Assembly: GCA_000004985.1 (NCBI GenBank)
Contig: GG738859.1
Reading direction: 5' to 3' (one strand)
Length of the DNA stretch: 64,000 nt
DNA from: Naegleria gruberi
Lineage: Eukaryota
The position numbers were made by a program, and so were the translations under genes. Position 1 is the stretch's first letter, and each line of letters starts with the position of its first letter. This document shows, in pieces, positions 1-13,083 of this stretch. The notes under the pieces are model-generated. The model saw only the letters and a list, made by a program, of their open reading frames with translations, ran no database searches and was not told where the DNA came from.

Positions 1-100
1 AAATAAAATTATCATAAAACAAACCACTCGTACCGTCCTTTATTTTCAAATATTGATAATTTATTTTGGTGTGACTAGAAAATGATTTTTCAATTTCAAA

Positions 101-1049
101 GTGTCAACACCAACTTTTATTCCCCAACAACCAGTGGTCCGTCTACATGCTCTATTGAAGGAGAATCCAACTCTCTTGGATCAACAACAAACCATGCAAT
201 TGATCAAGAATATTTTACAAAATATTGTTGCTCATCCGTACGATGATAAGTTTAGATCGATTAAATTGTCAAATCCAAAACTCTCTGAGAAGATTGTTCA
301 AGTTAAAGGTGCTCTCGATATATTGTTATTGTGTGGTTTTTCTAGAGTGAGAGAAAATAATGAGGAATATATTAAATTGTATGATGCTGATGTTCAATCA
401 ATAGAGGTGATGAAGAAGATTATTGAGACCTATGTAGGTATTGAAACATTTTAATGTAATCGAAACTAAATTTGTGGAATAATTATAGGAACAACGAAGA
501 GAATTATTAACATTACCAAGTTTGGGCTCCCAACCATCAACATCTTCCAACAATTCCACAAATTCAACTCCTTCATTTGTTTTAGATGAGTCCTATACAA
601 TTATTTTGCAATTCAGAAATTCTCAACATCAAGTCATTGAAGAAATGCTTTTTGAAAAGGAGAAATATGCAGGTCATTTAACATTGGGAGAAGTTGTCTT
701 TCCACGAATGGAACAAAGACTTCGTGAACTGAACTGGCCAGGTTTCGCGTTATATGCCGAACATGAACCAGTTTATAGACATACTACTTTAGATGATTTG
801 AATTATCAGAGAAAGAATCAAAAAATAACTTTACAATGTGAAGATCATAATTGTCAATATCGTGCTGTCTTGACGCCTGTAATTGAGAGTGAGGAATGTG
901 TTGTTTGCTTTGAACCTTTAAATAATAGTAATAGAACTGGAGGATTATGTATGCATCGTTGTGCATGTAAGAATTGCTTTAAATTGTTGGATAAATGTCC
1001 AATTTGTAGAAAGACAATTGACCATAATAATAGAAGCAGACTTTTATAA
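101..1049 (+). CDS. PUB(PUG)-domain plus C-terminal RING (C3HC4) protein, putative E3 ubiquitin ligase; exons 101..433 and 489..1049
   Basis: Exon 1 carries a PUB-domain signature (HPYDDKFRSIKLSNPKL...GALDILLLCGF). Donor GTAGGT at 434 and acceptor ...ttatag at 488 join in phase to the 522..1049 ORF, which ends in CVVCFEP...CMHRCACKNCF...CPICR (RING). Confidence 0.6.
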
Positions 1050-1115
1050 ACACTCACTGTATAATATTTTCAAAAGTTGAATTCAATTGAATTTTAATTT
1101 ATTTTTTTTATTTCC

Positions 1116-1823
1116 TTATTTGCAAATGTTAACATTATTATTACCTCCAGAACAAGTATTGACCTTTCCATTGTAAGCACTTTCGAACCTAGTACATTGA
1201 GGAGCGTTATCGGTGGCTGGTTTGTATTTCAAAAAGGAATAGTCAGTAGAATTGCACTTGATAACTTCAGTACTATCAAACCAAGTCAAGCAAGTATTAA
1301 TTCTTGAAGCAAAGAAGCTGACAAGGAAATCATTACTTGTTCTTCCGCATTGATTTTCTTTTTCATTTGAATGGACTTGGTATTGCAAATTCCACAACAT
1401 GCTAACATTGAAATGATCAGAATAGAGAATAAAATCTGGCAATTTACCACATCCACTCACACTTCTATCATTGCATTGATGCAATGGATGGGTTTCATAT
1501 TCGAAACATTCAACACATCCTGGTCGACAGAGATTTTTAACATTTGCAGTAGAAGCATCACATTGATATTGAGAGTAACCGTATTGGTCTGGTGCTTTTT
1601 CAAAACATGATCCACTGAGTGGATATGAAGGATTGGCTGGTTTGACAATACTCAATCCTGACACTGACTGAATAGTACTTGGAGAACATTTAGAGTCGCC
1701 GAATGTAATGGTGTAGAAGAAGTTGCCTTCGAGTTCCCTGATACTTGTAGCACAAGCACAAAAGATAGCAAAGAATAGTACCGACAGAGTAATGGTGGCA
1801 ATGATGTTGGTGGTTGACTTCAT
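1116..1823 (-). CDS. secreted cysteine-rich protein (signal peptide), function unknown
   Basis: 235 aa ORF with an N-terminal hydrophobic signal peptide followed by many Cys residues. No family recognised. Confidence 0.45.
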   Translation of the reverse strand: MKSTTNIIATITLSVLFFAIFCACATSIRELEGNFFYTITFGDSKCSPSTIQSVSGLSIVKPANPSYPLSGSCFEKAPDQYGYSQYQCDASTANVKNLCRPGCVECFEYETHPLHQCNDRSVSGCGKLPDFILYSDHFNVSMLWNLQYQVHSNEKENQCGRTSNDFLVSFFASRINTCLTWFDSTEVIKCNSTDYSFLKYKPATDNAPQCTRFESAYNGKVNTCSGGNNNVNICK

Positions 1824-2014
1824 TTTTTTTATGAATGTTAGTGTTTGTACTGGAACGAAGGCGGTAGACTAATATGTCGATTTCGGAATGTTTAGGTAGT
1901 CCAGTAGCGAATCTTACGACTAAACAGAATCTTGTAAACATTCTCATTGAAGAAGACACATTGTAGTGGTTTTAACAATGGTTGTAAATTCATAATAATT
2001 CAAAATCAAATGAT

Positions 2015-2374
2015 TTACTCGATTTGATCTTGTTCATATTGTTCATATTTTCTCTTTCTTTGTTTTTTTCTCTTTTCCAATAACCTTCCTAATCTGAAAA
2101 GTAATCTTTCTTCTTTATCTTTTGTAAATTTAATCAATTCATCATCACTTGATGGTTCCTGTTGATCCAGCTGCGAATATTCCTTCACCATTTCTTTTAA
2201 TTTGGTAATATAATTTTCTTCTTCTTCTTGTTCCGAATTGTTTACTCCATTATTATTATTATTTACAGATTTATTATTATCATTAGCATTTGATTTATCT
2301 TCCGATGTATTTTCATCTTCTCTCACAAAATTACTGAATAAATCCCCATCTACATTTGTTGTCATTTTTTTCAA
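2015..2374 (-). CDS. small acidic/N-rich protein with basic C-terminus, unknown function
   Basis: 119 aa ORF, coding-like composition, start in A-rich context. No family recognised. Confidence 0.3.
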   Translation of the reverse strand: MKKMTTNVDGDLFSNFVREDENTSEDKSNANDNNKSVNNNNNGVNNSEQEEEENYITKLKEMVKEYSQLDQQEPSSDDELIKFTKDKEERLLFRLGRLLEKRKKQRKRKYEQYEQDQIE

Positions 2375-2564
2375 ATTTGATTTAAAAAAAGATTTAATAA
2401 TTGAAGGTGTTGTTGTAATAAGTTTACAAACAGAATACTTTCCTTAAACATATCAATGGAATGCTCACTTTTTAAAAAGTACGTCCACCCTTTCTTCAAA
2501 CTCTTACAATTGAATATCGGGAATTTAATAAGCTGATGTTTACAAAATAACAATCAAAAAAAAA

Positions 2565-3391
2565 ATGTCATCATCCACTTCATCTGTTGTTTCCATTCCA
2601 ACTTCAAACAAACTCGGAGATTGTCCAGGTTATGTTGCCAAACCACAAGAATCCACCACAATGGGTGTTATTATATTGCAAGAATGGTGGGGAGTTAACG
2701 ATCATATTAAAAGCAAGGGAATTAAAATTGCTGAAGAATTGAAGGCTATTACTATCATTCCGGATTTGTATAGAGGACAAGTTGCTACTGATCATGAACA
2801 TGCTGGACATTTAATGCACGGTTTGGATTGGCCTGGAGCAATTGCTGATATTTTGGGTGCTGCTAAATATTTGAGATCTGCTCATGGTTGTACAAAGATT
2901 GGTGTTACAGGTTTTTGTATGGGTATGTTTATAATTACTATTTAAATATTAATTAATTAATAATATTAATATTTATCATTATATATTTACTTGATATTAA
3001 AATTGATTGTAATCTTAATAATATTGGAAATAATAATCAAATATAAATAGGAGGAGCTTTAACTCTTGCAGCAACAGCATCACAAACCGATGGTACCATT
3101 AATGCAGCATCATGTTTCTATGGTATTCCACAAATGGATGTATCCAAGATTAATGTTCCTGTTATTGCTCACTTTGGTGAATTGGATGATATTAAGGGAT
3201 TTTCTGATGTTGAAGCAGCCAACAAATTGCAAGAATCATGGAAGCAAAATGGAGTTAATGGAACTGTCTACATCTATCCAGGTTGTAGCCATGCTTTCAC
3301 CAATAATACTAGACCAGAAGTTTTCAATGCTGAAGCTTATGCTCTTTCTTTTGAAAGAATGTATGATTTCTTTAGAACTAATCTCCAATAA
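2565..3391 (+). CDS. dienelactone hydrolase family protein (carboxymethylenebutenolidase-like); exons 2565..2922 and 3051..3391
   Basis: DLH-family motifs (ILQEWWGVN, GVTGFCMG nucleophile elbow, later catalytic His region). Intron GTATGT...AAATAG (2923..3050) restores the frame between the two ORFs. Confidence 0.8.
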
Positions 3392-3540
3392 TCTCATGTT
3401 TTTTCCAATGTACAATAAAGAGTAAACAATACTCTTACTTTAAAAGTTAAATACATACAACTATATTGAAATTTTCGATAGTGTATGATGCAAAATTAAA
3501 ACGAAACTCTTTTGTAAATTAAAAAAATTCATAAAAAAAA

Positions 3541-4383
3541 ATGAACAAGCAAATTTTAAGAAGGGATCAACGTAAAACCTCCAACCAACTCAGAGATATG
3601 CAAGTCGAGTTGGGAGTGTTGGGAAAAGCTGATGGAAGTGTTAAATTTTCTCAGGGAAATACCACAGTAATTTGTTCAGTTTGTGGACCGGAATCATCAA
3701 TGAAGGAAAAAGGAGATCAAGCTATTATTGATGTCATGTTTCAACCAAGAGATAAGAAGGCTTCGGAAGAGGAAAAAGAATATGAATTAATTATTAGACA
3801 AACATTGGAAAATGTGATTTTAACAAATATATATCCAAGAACTGTTATAACAATTTCGATTCAAGTGGTTCAATATGATGGATGTTTATTGAGTGCGAGT
3901 TTAAATGCTGCATCATTGGCTCTTCTTGATGCTGGAGTTGCTATGAAAACAACACTTGTTTCATCATCTTGTTCATATTTAAATAGTGGTGATTGTTTGT
4001 TGGATCCAACGAGAATTGAACAAGATTTTTCATCAATTTTACACAATGACGATTCATCATCATACATTCAATATTACAAGACATCATCAAAAGGACCAAA
4101 AGTTATTGTACCAAAAGGATTTGCCTTCTTTGTTTTTGATTCTGCTCCTCTCCGAAATCCATCTAAAACAGATTCTGATGACGATTCCTTTCTTGTCACC
4201 AGTATTACTGAAGGTTTATTAACAGATGAAGCTTTAAGAGAATGTATTTCATTAGCAAAAGAAGGAGCCTTGTCAGTTTATTCTCTCATTCGTTTAACTC
4301 TTGAAAGAAAGTCAACTACTCCTGTTTTACCTACAAATAAGGTTGTAGCTTCAAATAATTTCATAAAACCTAAGGATAATTAA
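3541..4383 (+). CDS. RNase PH-like exosome complex subunit (Rrp46/Rrp41-like) with C-terminal extension
   Basis: N-terminal RNase PH domain pattern (RRDQRK..LRDMQVELGVLGKADGSVKFSQGNTTVICSVCGP...). 280 aa single exon. Confidence 0.65.
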   Translation: MNKQILRRDQRKTSNQLRDMQVELGVLGKADGSVKFSQGNTTVICSVCGPESSMKEKGDQAIIDVMFQPRDKKASEEEKEYELIIRQTLENVILTNIYPRTVITISIQVVQYDGCLLSASLNAASLALLDAGVAMKTTLVSSSCSYLNSGDCLLDPTRIEQDFSSILHNDDSSSYIQYYKTSSKGPKVIVPKGFAFFVFDSAPLRNPSKTDSDDDSFLVTSITEGLLTDEALRECISLAKEGALSVYSLIRLTLERKSTTPVLPTNKVVASNNFIKPKDN

Positions 4384-4399
4384 GATTTTAGTAATTTAT

Positions 4400-7300
4400 T
4401 TAAAGTTCTTCTTCTTCGTCCATTGGGGTATTCTTGAAAGCGTTGGCATAAGCATAGAGGCCAATCAATTTCTTGCCTATCGTACCCATCTCACAAATAG
4501 TACACAATTCACCATCATATCTTGGTAAATAAGCAGCTCCACAATATGAGCAAGCAATCTTGTCACTTCCTTGATAAATTGGAGTGTGTGAAATATTACA
4601 AACAACAAATGGATTTCTATCGTCATAATTCAATTCAATCTTGTCGGTAGGTTTGCTTTCCTTTTGTTGGGCCACATAGGCTGCTTGCTTTTGGATCTTT
4701 TCTGGAGGTCCCATCTTAAGCAATCTATTAGCAAATGTAGCTGCTGTTACAAAGTTTTCAAGTTTGAAGCAAATAGCCATGGCAGAATTCAAACCTAACA
4801 TGATGTGATTATTTCTCAATTTACATCTAGTGAAATAAGCTGCAAGTTCGGCTGCTCTCTTTGAATCAGTGGTCATAATATCCTTTCTGTCTAATTCCAT
4901 TCTGAAAGCACTGACGTATTCACAACAAGTAGATAAAGTTTCCTTGAATTCTCTTTCATCCTTCTTTGATAAGATTGGAAGGAACAATAATTGTCTCATA
5001 ATTTCACGTAACATGTCCAAACCATTCTTGATTGTATTTTGATTCGATAAGGCATTGAGAGCGTCCTTCAACTTTAATTGCAACTCAGAAAGTGTTGGCA
5101 CTGCAAGTTTAGGAAGGGTATTCTCTCTGGATCTCTCATTTTCTGATTTACCAGCTTGAAGTGCTAATGGAATACTTGGTTGACATGATGGAGAAGGCAT
5201 TAAAAGATTAGAACCAGCATAAATAGAGAGGAATAATTCTTTGAGAGGAGCAAAATTCTTGATACCAACAGCCTTTTGGAGAATTTCAATGGCAGAATCA
5301 AATGAACCAGCTGCAATGTGATTACCTGGGAATTGAGAATTGACTGGCCACATATCCAAAACGTTTCTTCCAGCATTTGGAGGAACAAAATTGCTTGATT
5401 GAGATGTGGAAATTTGAGCATCAGCAGGAATATCAATGAGATCATAGTCATCAACATTGATTTGATCCTCACCCATTTCATCCAAGTCTGATGGTGGAGG
5501 AACAGATTTCTTGCTTGTTGTGGCTTGTTCCATTCCTGGAATTTCAATACTATCACCGAATTGGTCAAATTCAAGTTCATCAATTTCACCCAAAGATTGA
5601 CCAACATCACCATAATCAATTTCTTGAGTATGTAAAAGAGGCCAGTTACCACCAGCATTGATTGGTACAGGAGGAAGGAAGAGGGAAGGCTTAAAGTTGA
5701 ATTCTGGCATCTTGAAATCTTCTGAGAGGGATTTTTTGACTTCTTCAGCAAGAGCATCCAAACCGTGATTCTTGGCAGTCATATAAGCCAATGCACTTTG
5801 GCCAACACTTTGAAGAACCTTAACTCTTTCTTCAACGTCACCAAGGAAGAGAGCATTGTGGAATCTGGACATTACATCATTTCTGCTGTTGGCAATCTTG
5901 AGCATCAATTTGAGACTTTCTTGATTACCAGTAACACTGTGCAAGAAGGAGAGTCTTTCGACATTCTTTGTTCTTTGATAAGCCTTTTCGACAGCAGAAA
6001 CATCACCTTGGTTCAAAGCTTCCAATCCCAAACTGTTCCAACATTCCTTCTTGTCCAACTTTTGGGCAACTTCAGAGGCAGTCTTGATATCACCACATTC
6101 AAGGGCAAGATTGAATTTGGTACTTTCATCTTCAACAAATTTGAGAGCAATTTCAGGATAACCCTTTTGTTGGAGGTAAGCAATAATGGAATCTCCAAGA
6201 ATCTTGGCTTCACCAATAATCTTCTTAATGTCACCAGTTCTTCCTTGAGATAAGGCAAGTTTGAATCTGTATTCAGTTGCATCAATAGTGATAACCTTGA
6301 CAGTACCTTCTCTATCAATAATTGTAACATTATTATTTTCAATATGGGCAATATAAATTGGGAGATCCAAAGTCTTGATTGTACCAAAATCACCTGATGC
6401 CAAACAATACTTCATGTGATTCAATGTAGTATAAATGAAAACACCATCCTTATCGAAGGCACCACTCTTAATACGAATGGTTTCAACAGTTGTGCAGAAA
6501 GGCTGCAAGTTACTATCACATACAACAACCAAGTGTTTTCCGAGTAAAGCAACTTTAGAGTTATCATCAGACCAAACAACAAACTTGATACCAGCTGAAG
6601 CATGGCTGGAAACAATCTTTTGTTGTTCCAAATCATACAAATGAACTCTATCATCAGTTGTAAAGATCAATCTACCAGAAACTGCTGGGAAAATTCTCTT
6701 AATTGGTCCGACAGTAATTGGAAGTTCCTTAGATCTGTCAGATTGTGTACTGTGAATGAAAATCTTTCTATCCTTTGGATCTAAAGTAGCAAACTTTTGT
6801 AAACCAACAAAAGCAGCAAAGAGGGCCTTTCCTTTTCTAATTGGGTTTCTAATTGGAACTTCATCAGTTGGTCCCTTTTTAATTTCAAACAATTCATAAG
6901 AACCACCATCATGATCTGATGTGAGAATTCCATAAGTGTTGGTTGGGTCAATACAAAGATTTCTTGTTGATCCTGACCATGATTTTCTCAAAACAGCAGC
7001 TGGAGCATCCTTGCCACCTTTAACAACTCTCAAATTCTTTTCCTTCATATACATGAGACAATTCTTGGAAGCAGTGAAAGCTGGTCTTTCTCTTTCCAAT
7101 TTGAAAACAATAAGACCACCATCATGACCAGCAGCAATAAGATTTTGAGTTGGGTGAACATCCAAAACCCAGAATCTTTCATATTCTCTCTTATAACTTC
7201 TAATGAATTGTGATTTTCCAATATCATAAAATCGGAGAGTTTTATCCTCACTGGCAGAAATAATCATATCCTTCTTTTCATGGAAAACTGCACAAGAAAC

Positions 7301-8269
7301 ATTGTGACCATGTCCTGAGAATGTATCAACAGCCCAAGCTCTTTGATCACTAACTTTCCAAGTTCTTACAGTTCTGTCATCAGAAGCAGAAACAATCATG
7401 TCAGTTTTTGGATGGAAAACAGCATAGTTTACACCTCTATCGTGTCCATCAAGAACATATTTAACCATAGCATCTCCAGAGTTAAAGAATTCTTGATTCA
7501 ATTGTGTTAACTTGAGGAATTCATCTCCTGGGCTCATTCCAACATTAGCATTCTTTTGTTTAAGTGCTGAAATATCCCAAACTCTGATAGATTGATCCAA
7601 AGAAGCGGAAACAACAAGGTCTTGTTTTGGATGGAATGATGCACTCATAACATAGTGATTATGTCCAGGTAAGACTGAAATACAAGTACGTGATTGCCAA
7701 TTCCAAATACGAATAGTTTGGTCATCAGAAGCAGAAATAATCCAAGGCTATTTTGTTAATCCACATAATATTATTTAAATTGTATCAAATTATTATCATA
7801 CAACAATAGTAAATATGTTAATAAATAAACAATAATCAAAATGTTGATAATTACTTGTTCGCGGTGGAATTCTACAGTTCTAACGTAATCGTAATGTCCT
7901 GTGAGTGTAAATAAACATCTTCTTAATTTATAATTCCAAACTTTGATTTTATAATCATCACCACCACTGACAAAAAGTGGTTGAGTACTATGGAAGTCCA
8001 ATCCTCTAACCGGTCCTATTGTATTATCATATCAACAATTAATACACACACCATAGAGCATTAAACACAATAACAATAAAACAACTTTAGATTTTTACAT
8101 TATAAAAAATCTTACCTTCATGTTCAAGATACGAGTCAATCATGGTACCCATTCTATAATCCCACAATTGAATAGCACCAGTGTGCAAGCTGGCCAAGAT
8201 CCACGATCGCTTTGGGTGGAAACTTAAACCTTTTACACGTTGGCTCTTGGTCTCGAATTTGATGATCAT
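4400..8269 (-). CDS. COPA: coatomer subunit alpha (COPA); exons 8116..8269, 7855..8015, 4400..7747
   Basis: N-terminus [23 protein letters not shown]40 repeats, and C-terminus match coatomer alpha. Introns 8016..8115 (GTAAGA..ATAG) and 7748..7854 (GTAATT..ATAG) are phase-consistent. About 1221 aa. Confidence 0.9.
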
Positions 8270-8651
8270 TTTTTTAATAAATATTTTTTAAAGGAGTCAT
8301 CATTACGTAAGCTTTATCGTCACCACCCATATGCAAAATAATTTGTTCTTATTGCGATATGAACGAGAGTATGATGATGATAATAGTGATGATGCTAATA
8401 TGATGACATCATTTCCATACAACAATATAATATTTTAACTTTTAACATTACAATACAGATGTATTATATCTAGAAATATAGTTTGATGAGTATAAATTGA
8501 AGAAAATGCAAGTTAGGGAAAAAACTAAGAGAAAGCATGGATGCATTAATTCAATGTATCGGAATAACAATCGATTCTCTCTGGTAGTACCCTTAACTTG
8601 TCATCACTTCAACTTGTCAAACTAAACACGTAAAAAGCAGCTATCAAAAAA

Positions 8652-10022
8652 ATGTCTAGATATTCACACAGTTTATTTCTTCTACTGCTAGTTATCATTT
8701 CTAGTTGTTTACTACTATTGACAACAACAACAGTTTTTATTCAACCAACTCATGCTTTCATTCCATCTTATTATGTCACCAAAACAACAACCGATGGTCA
8801 ACTTGTTCAAGTCAATTTATTGGAAGAAGAAATTGAACGTTTCTTTAAAAAATTAGGAACCTTCCCAGGTGTGGAATTTGATGAAATACTTTCTGAATAT
8901 TTCCCATCTCCTCAATATATAACCCCTGATAACTCTACTTCTGATTCTAAGATTCTCGTGAATAATATTCATGTCACTCTTCCATTAATTGAAAAACATT
9001 CTGGACCTGAGATTTTATCTAAATTTAGAGAGTTGCAACAGATTGTATTTGTTGGAAATGTTCATGATTTGGGTAAATGGTTTAATGTTGCAATGAAGAA
9101 GGATTATGAAACATTACACGTTGAATTCAATAAGGATGACATTATTTACTCAATTGACCAAACTGAAATGCCAAATAGATTGAATGCAAATTCTGGACAA
9201 AAGAGATCAACTATTTTTGATACTTTGAATTTGGAACCAGGAGTTGAACGTTTCCATGTTGCTTTCAGAAGAAAATTCCAATACATTCACAAGAATCATC
9301 TCCGTCTCCAAGCTGATGGTTTCACCTTAATGTTATGGGAAAGAAGTTCAGATCCAAATAAGAGACCATTCATTTTGAGAATGTGGCAAGAAGTTTATGA
9401 TCGTTCTCACTTTGTTTATCAGAATTTTGGTGAAAGACTCGTCACTCCATATGAACATGAACAAGAGACCAATTCTCGTTTCTTCCACATGTTGAATAGA
9501 ATGTACTCTCTTCATGAAAATGAGAGAGGAAATCCAAATTTTGGTATTACTGAAGATATGAATATTGGCTACACTCCAAAGAGAGTTTTAGAGAAAATGT
9601 TCCCACTCACTGAAGATGATAATAAGAAGATTAGAACTGACATGTTAAAGATTATGCAAGACAAGTTGGAATTTGCATTCCCAGTCAGTACTCAACCAGT
9701 ATTTGGATTTGCTTCTGCCAAGACAATGTACTCTGCACTCATGTCAAGCTCAAATCTTGAGAGAGCTTTCTTATTCCCAATGAGTCCAGTATTTTCCTAT
9801 AATAATGATCATGCTGTCATTCAAGTTTCTTATTTGATTTATCCAAAGAAGAAACAAGATGATTCAAGAGGTGATCCAGTTTCATGCCCTGCCATCATTC
9901 ATATGAGTTTGAATCATATTGACAAATTTACCAAATTACACTTTTATTTCGATCTTAATAGTTGTATTAATAAGTTATTCACAGGAAATGCTAAGAGCAA
10001 TTGGGTAACCATTGATATGTAA
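8652..10022 (+). CDS. secreted protein of unknown function (signal peptide)
   Basis: 456 aa ORF with a long hydrophobic N-terminus (MSRYSHSLFLLLLVIISSCLLLL...). No recognisable domain. Confidence 0.5.
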   Translation: MSRYSHSLFLLLLVIISSCLLLLTTTTVFIQPTHAFIPSYYVTKTTTDGQLVQVNLLEEEIERFFKKLGTFPGVEFDEILSEYFPSPQYITPDNSTSDSKILVNNIHVTLPLIEKHSGPEILSKFRELQQIVFVGNVHDLGKWFNVAMKKDYETLHVEFNKDDIIYSIDQTEMPNRLNANSGQKRSTIFDTLNLEPGVERFHVAFRRKFQYIHKNHLRLQADGFTLMLWERSSDPNKRPFILRMWQEVYDRSHFVYQNFGERLVTPYEHEQETNSRFFHMLNRMYSLHENERGNPNFGITEDMNIGYTPKRVLEKMFPLTEDDNKKIRTDMLKIMQDKLEFAFPVSTQPVFGFASAKTMYSALMSSSNLERAFLFPMSPVFSYNNDHAVIQVSYLIYPKKKQDDSRGDPVSCPAIIHMSLNHIDKFTKLHFYFDLNSCINKLFTGNAKSNWVTIDM

Positions 10023-10135
10023 AATAGTCTAATTCTTATTTCACATCAAATCATTATAACTTGTAATAACAGCACTAGAATAGTGCTAATAATAATAATT
10101 GTGAGTGGAATAAATTAATAATTTATAGAATTATC

Positions 10136-10852
10136 ATGATGATTTACATCAGTGTGTTGTTAACCTCATCGTACTCTATTAAAAGTTTGATGTACAGCAG
10201 CGAGACAATTATTCTCAAACAGAGGATGACAAACCAATTTTGCTCAATCTTTCAAAACAAAATACATCTTAATATACCTTATACACTTGGCATAATGATC
10301 ATTCGTGATTCAACAGGAAGAAAACTACCCAGAAGATCCGAACGTATTCCCATCATTCAAGAGAGAGCAAGAAAGCAACAAGAATTCATGATGGAAATGT
10401 TCAGAAAGACAAAACATTTGTACCGACAATACAGACCCTATCCTTCCGAATTGATTGGTAAAGACAAACAAGTATTTGACACATCCACTGAGAGAAGGGA
10501 TAATATAGTAACTTTTAGAGTTGAGTATGATGAGTCTTTTAATTCAGCTACAGCAATTAATGAATCACTTATTTCGAAGCTTGACATGAATGTAGCTGAA
10601 TTAAGAGAGCTATTCCCTCAAGAAGAATCAGAAGAGACAGAGCCAAATAATGAGTCAACCATCAATGAAGTGGATTCATTCCAAATGCTGAATCAAGACT
10701 CAACAAGAATTCATTCCATTATTGAGTTGGCTCCCAATTCATTCAAGATTATTTATGAGGGAAAGGTTTCTTCGACTGAGGACTGTCTCTCATTCATTCA
10801 ACAAAGTTACGAGGCTTGTTATGATTTGAAAGATAAAATGGTGGATGACTAA
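10136..10852 (+). CDS. hypothetical protein with acidic C-terminal half
   Basis: 238 aa ORF with coding-like composition. No family recognised. Confidence 0.35.
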   Translation: MMIYISVLLTSSYSIKSLMYSSETIILKQRMTNQFCSIFQNKIHLNIPYTLGIMIIRDSTGRKLPRRSERIPIIQERARKQQEFMMEMFRKTKHLYRQYRPYPSELIGKDKQVFDTSTERRDNIVTFRVEYDESFNSATAINESLISKLDMNVAELRELFPQEESEETEPNNESTINEVDSFQMLNQDSTRIHSIIELAPNSFKIIYEGKVSSTEDCLSFIQQSYEACYDLKDKMVDD

Positions 10853-11209
10853 ATTTTTTTTAACGCGAACCACAACAATTTTCTTATTCAATGATAGTTG
10901 GAGAAGAGGGGTGAGCTTTTACAACTCAAAATTGTTTTTATGATGAATCAATAACATATTCTAACTTACCTACATTGTCCGAGCTCTTTAATGAGGATTC
11001 AGAATATCTGACCATAATGCACTTGCTGCATTTTGTTTTTTCTTGTTCATTAAGCAATAACAAAGTAAAGATGAGGAAGGAGGAGCTTTCTCAGTAAATC
11101 TTCAAGAAACCTCACTATCCAACCTCGGAGTTAAAATCTTGCCAGCTGGCTCGTTCTAAAAATTAAATAACAGGAAATTTAAATTTTCAATATTTTAAGG
11201 TTAATTTAT

Positions 11210-11884
11210 TTAGTTGAGTTCAGGCTTTTGATTAATGGCGACAACCTTATTTTGATACCACTTTTGCAAAGAACCTCTGTTGTTGATGTGCTTGGCGTGA
11301 ACACCCTTGGAGATGATATCCTTTGAAGCTTGGAGCTTGGCAATTTGTTCAGGAGTGTAGTTAGTGAAACCATACTTTCTAGAAACGAGGACCTTTTGTC
11401 TACCTGGGAACTTGAACTTAGCTCTTCTCAAAGCTTCACAAGCAGTCTTGACGTATTGTTCCTTGGTTCTGATGGAGATCAAGATTTGACCAATATCAAC
11501 TCTGGCAGTGGTACCCAATGGCTTACCGAAGGCACCTCTCATACCAGTTTGGAGACGATCCGCACCGGCACATGACAACATTTTGTTGATTCTGAGAACG
11601 TGATATGGGTGAACTCTGATTCTCAAGTGGAAACCGTCCTTGGTGGCAACCTTCAACATGTACTTGTTGGCAGCAATACGAGCAGCTTCAAGAGCTTCGT
11701 TGGTGATTTGTTCCTTTTCATCAGAGACGAGATGGACACAGTGACCGAAGAGAGTGTAGTCAGCCTTCTTTCTACCGGCATCATAAATTCTGATCTTTGG
11801 ATCAGGGACACCTCTACAGAAACGAGACTTAATGTATGGCTTACCCTTTTGCCATCTGTAACATCTAGCTGGTCTTCTACCCAT
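11210..11884 (-). CDS. RPL10: 60S ribosomal protein uL16 (RPL10/QM)
   Basis: [10 protein letters not shown]...[16 protein letters not shown]...[25 protein letters not shown] is the canonical RPL10 sequence. The true start is taken as the MGRRP methionine inside the listed ORF. Confidence 0.9.
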   Translation of the reverse strand: MGRRPARCYRWQKGKPYIKSRFCRGVPDPKIRIYDAGRKKADYTLFGHCVHLVSDEKEQITNEALEAARIAANKYMLKVATKDGFHLRIRVHPYHVLRINKMLSCAGADRLQTGMRGAFGKPLGTTARVDIGQILISIRTKEQYVKTACEALRRAKFKFPGRQKVLVSRKYGFTNYTPEQIAKLQASKDIISKGVHAKHINNRGSLQKWYQNKVVAINQKPELN

Positions 11885-12349
11885 TTTTACTGTTAATGTA
11901 AGAGAGAACAATTCTCTAATAGTAATACAAACCTTTTGACTATTTTTTTTTCAACAATTTTTTTGGAGTGGATGACTGCAGTCTTTACAATGAAAATTTA
12001 TTGGCAAAAATGCAAGGTTATTTTTACTCTCATCAAATGCAAAGAAGGAATACATTTAGAAAAATATAGGTGAAAAGAAGACATGAGAGTGAGCACTATT
12101 TATTGATCAATAGGACGAAATTCCCAGAGATGAATCTATTAGTACTTCCTCTACATTGTATTACACACTCTGATTGAACGTAAAATTCAAACTTTAACTT
12201 TATTCTAGCTGAGAAGGATTTTTGTTCTTTTGGAATTAGTTGTGATAAATCATATGATGATCATCTACAATTTGATAATTTCGGAATTGTGTTTAAACAA
12301 TTAATTGGATGAGTGAGGAATTGATACGGAAATAATTGTTAAATTTTAA

Positions 12350-13012
12350 TCACTCTTTAACCTCTTGTTTTAATAATAATTGCATAATCATGGACTTGGT
12401 TGAAAATCTCTGAATTGGTCTCAACTCATAACTAGTATTATTAGCACCACCAATAATCATTGAAGTATCCAAATTATTCTCCTCACCAAAAACTTTCCAA
12501 TCCAAATGTTCATCCAAATCAGTCACACTCACATCCTTACAACACAATCTAACATTGAATGTTAATTCTTCACTATTCTCAATTTCTAAAGTGTGTAGCT
12601 CAATGAAGAAATTTCTCATTTGAATATAGAGTTGTGAAAATTCTTCATGACTGAATTTACTGACATCACTACTCGGTTGATTTAAAAACTTGAATTGAAA
12701 TATAAATTCTTTCAATAACAACGATTGATTTTTTGTTAGAATTTGAAAGAGAATCTTTTCAATCTTTCCCTGTTCCAAATACATTTTCAGAGACATGACA
12801 CATTCTCTAATATAATTCCTAACAAGTTTCGATTCACAAATAAAACATTGTTGATGTAAATAATCAGTCTTGTACTTTTTAAAGAATTTTTTCGGATAGA
12901 TTGAATAAACGTAGAGAATGGTATGGAAAATACTCTCCAAAAATTCAATCACAACCAGTATCAAATCTACATCCTGTGGTGTAATGTTATCACTTTTAAG
13001 CATTTTTTTCAA
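12350..13012 (-). CDS. HORMA-domain protein, Rev7/MAD2L2-like
   Basis: LILVVIEFLESIFHTILYVYSIYPKKFFKKYK...KIEKILFQILTKNQSLLLKEFIFQF aligns by eye with the Mad2/Rev7 HORMA core. Confidence 0.55.
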   Translation of the reverse strand: MKKMLKSDNITPQDVDLILVVIEFLESIFHTILYVYSIYPKKFFKKYKTDYLHQQCFICESKLVRNYIRECVMSLKMYLEQGKIEKILFQILTKNQSLLLKEFIFQFKFLNQPSSDVSKFSHEEFSQLYIQMRNFFIELHTLEIENSEELTFNVRLCCKDVSVTDLDEHLDWKVFGEENNLDTSMIIGGANNTSYELRPIQRFSTKSMIMQLLLKQEVKE

Positions 13013-13083
13013 TACAATTTTTGTAATTCAAGTAGTTGCTAGATCGGTGTTATTCGAAAAAGAATATTTAGCAAAATGATTTA

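Noticed and set aside
5200-7251. Several 60-185 aa ORFs inside the coatomer alpha locus on either strand
   Set aside because: They are fully nested in, or antisense to, the long conserved COPA exon and are spurious.
8270-8651. (GAT)n-like microsatellite tgatgatgataatagtgatgatgctaatatgatgac between the divergent COPA and secreted-protein genes
   Set aside because: It is a short imperfect trinucleotide run in a bidirectional promoter and is unremarkable.
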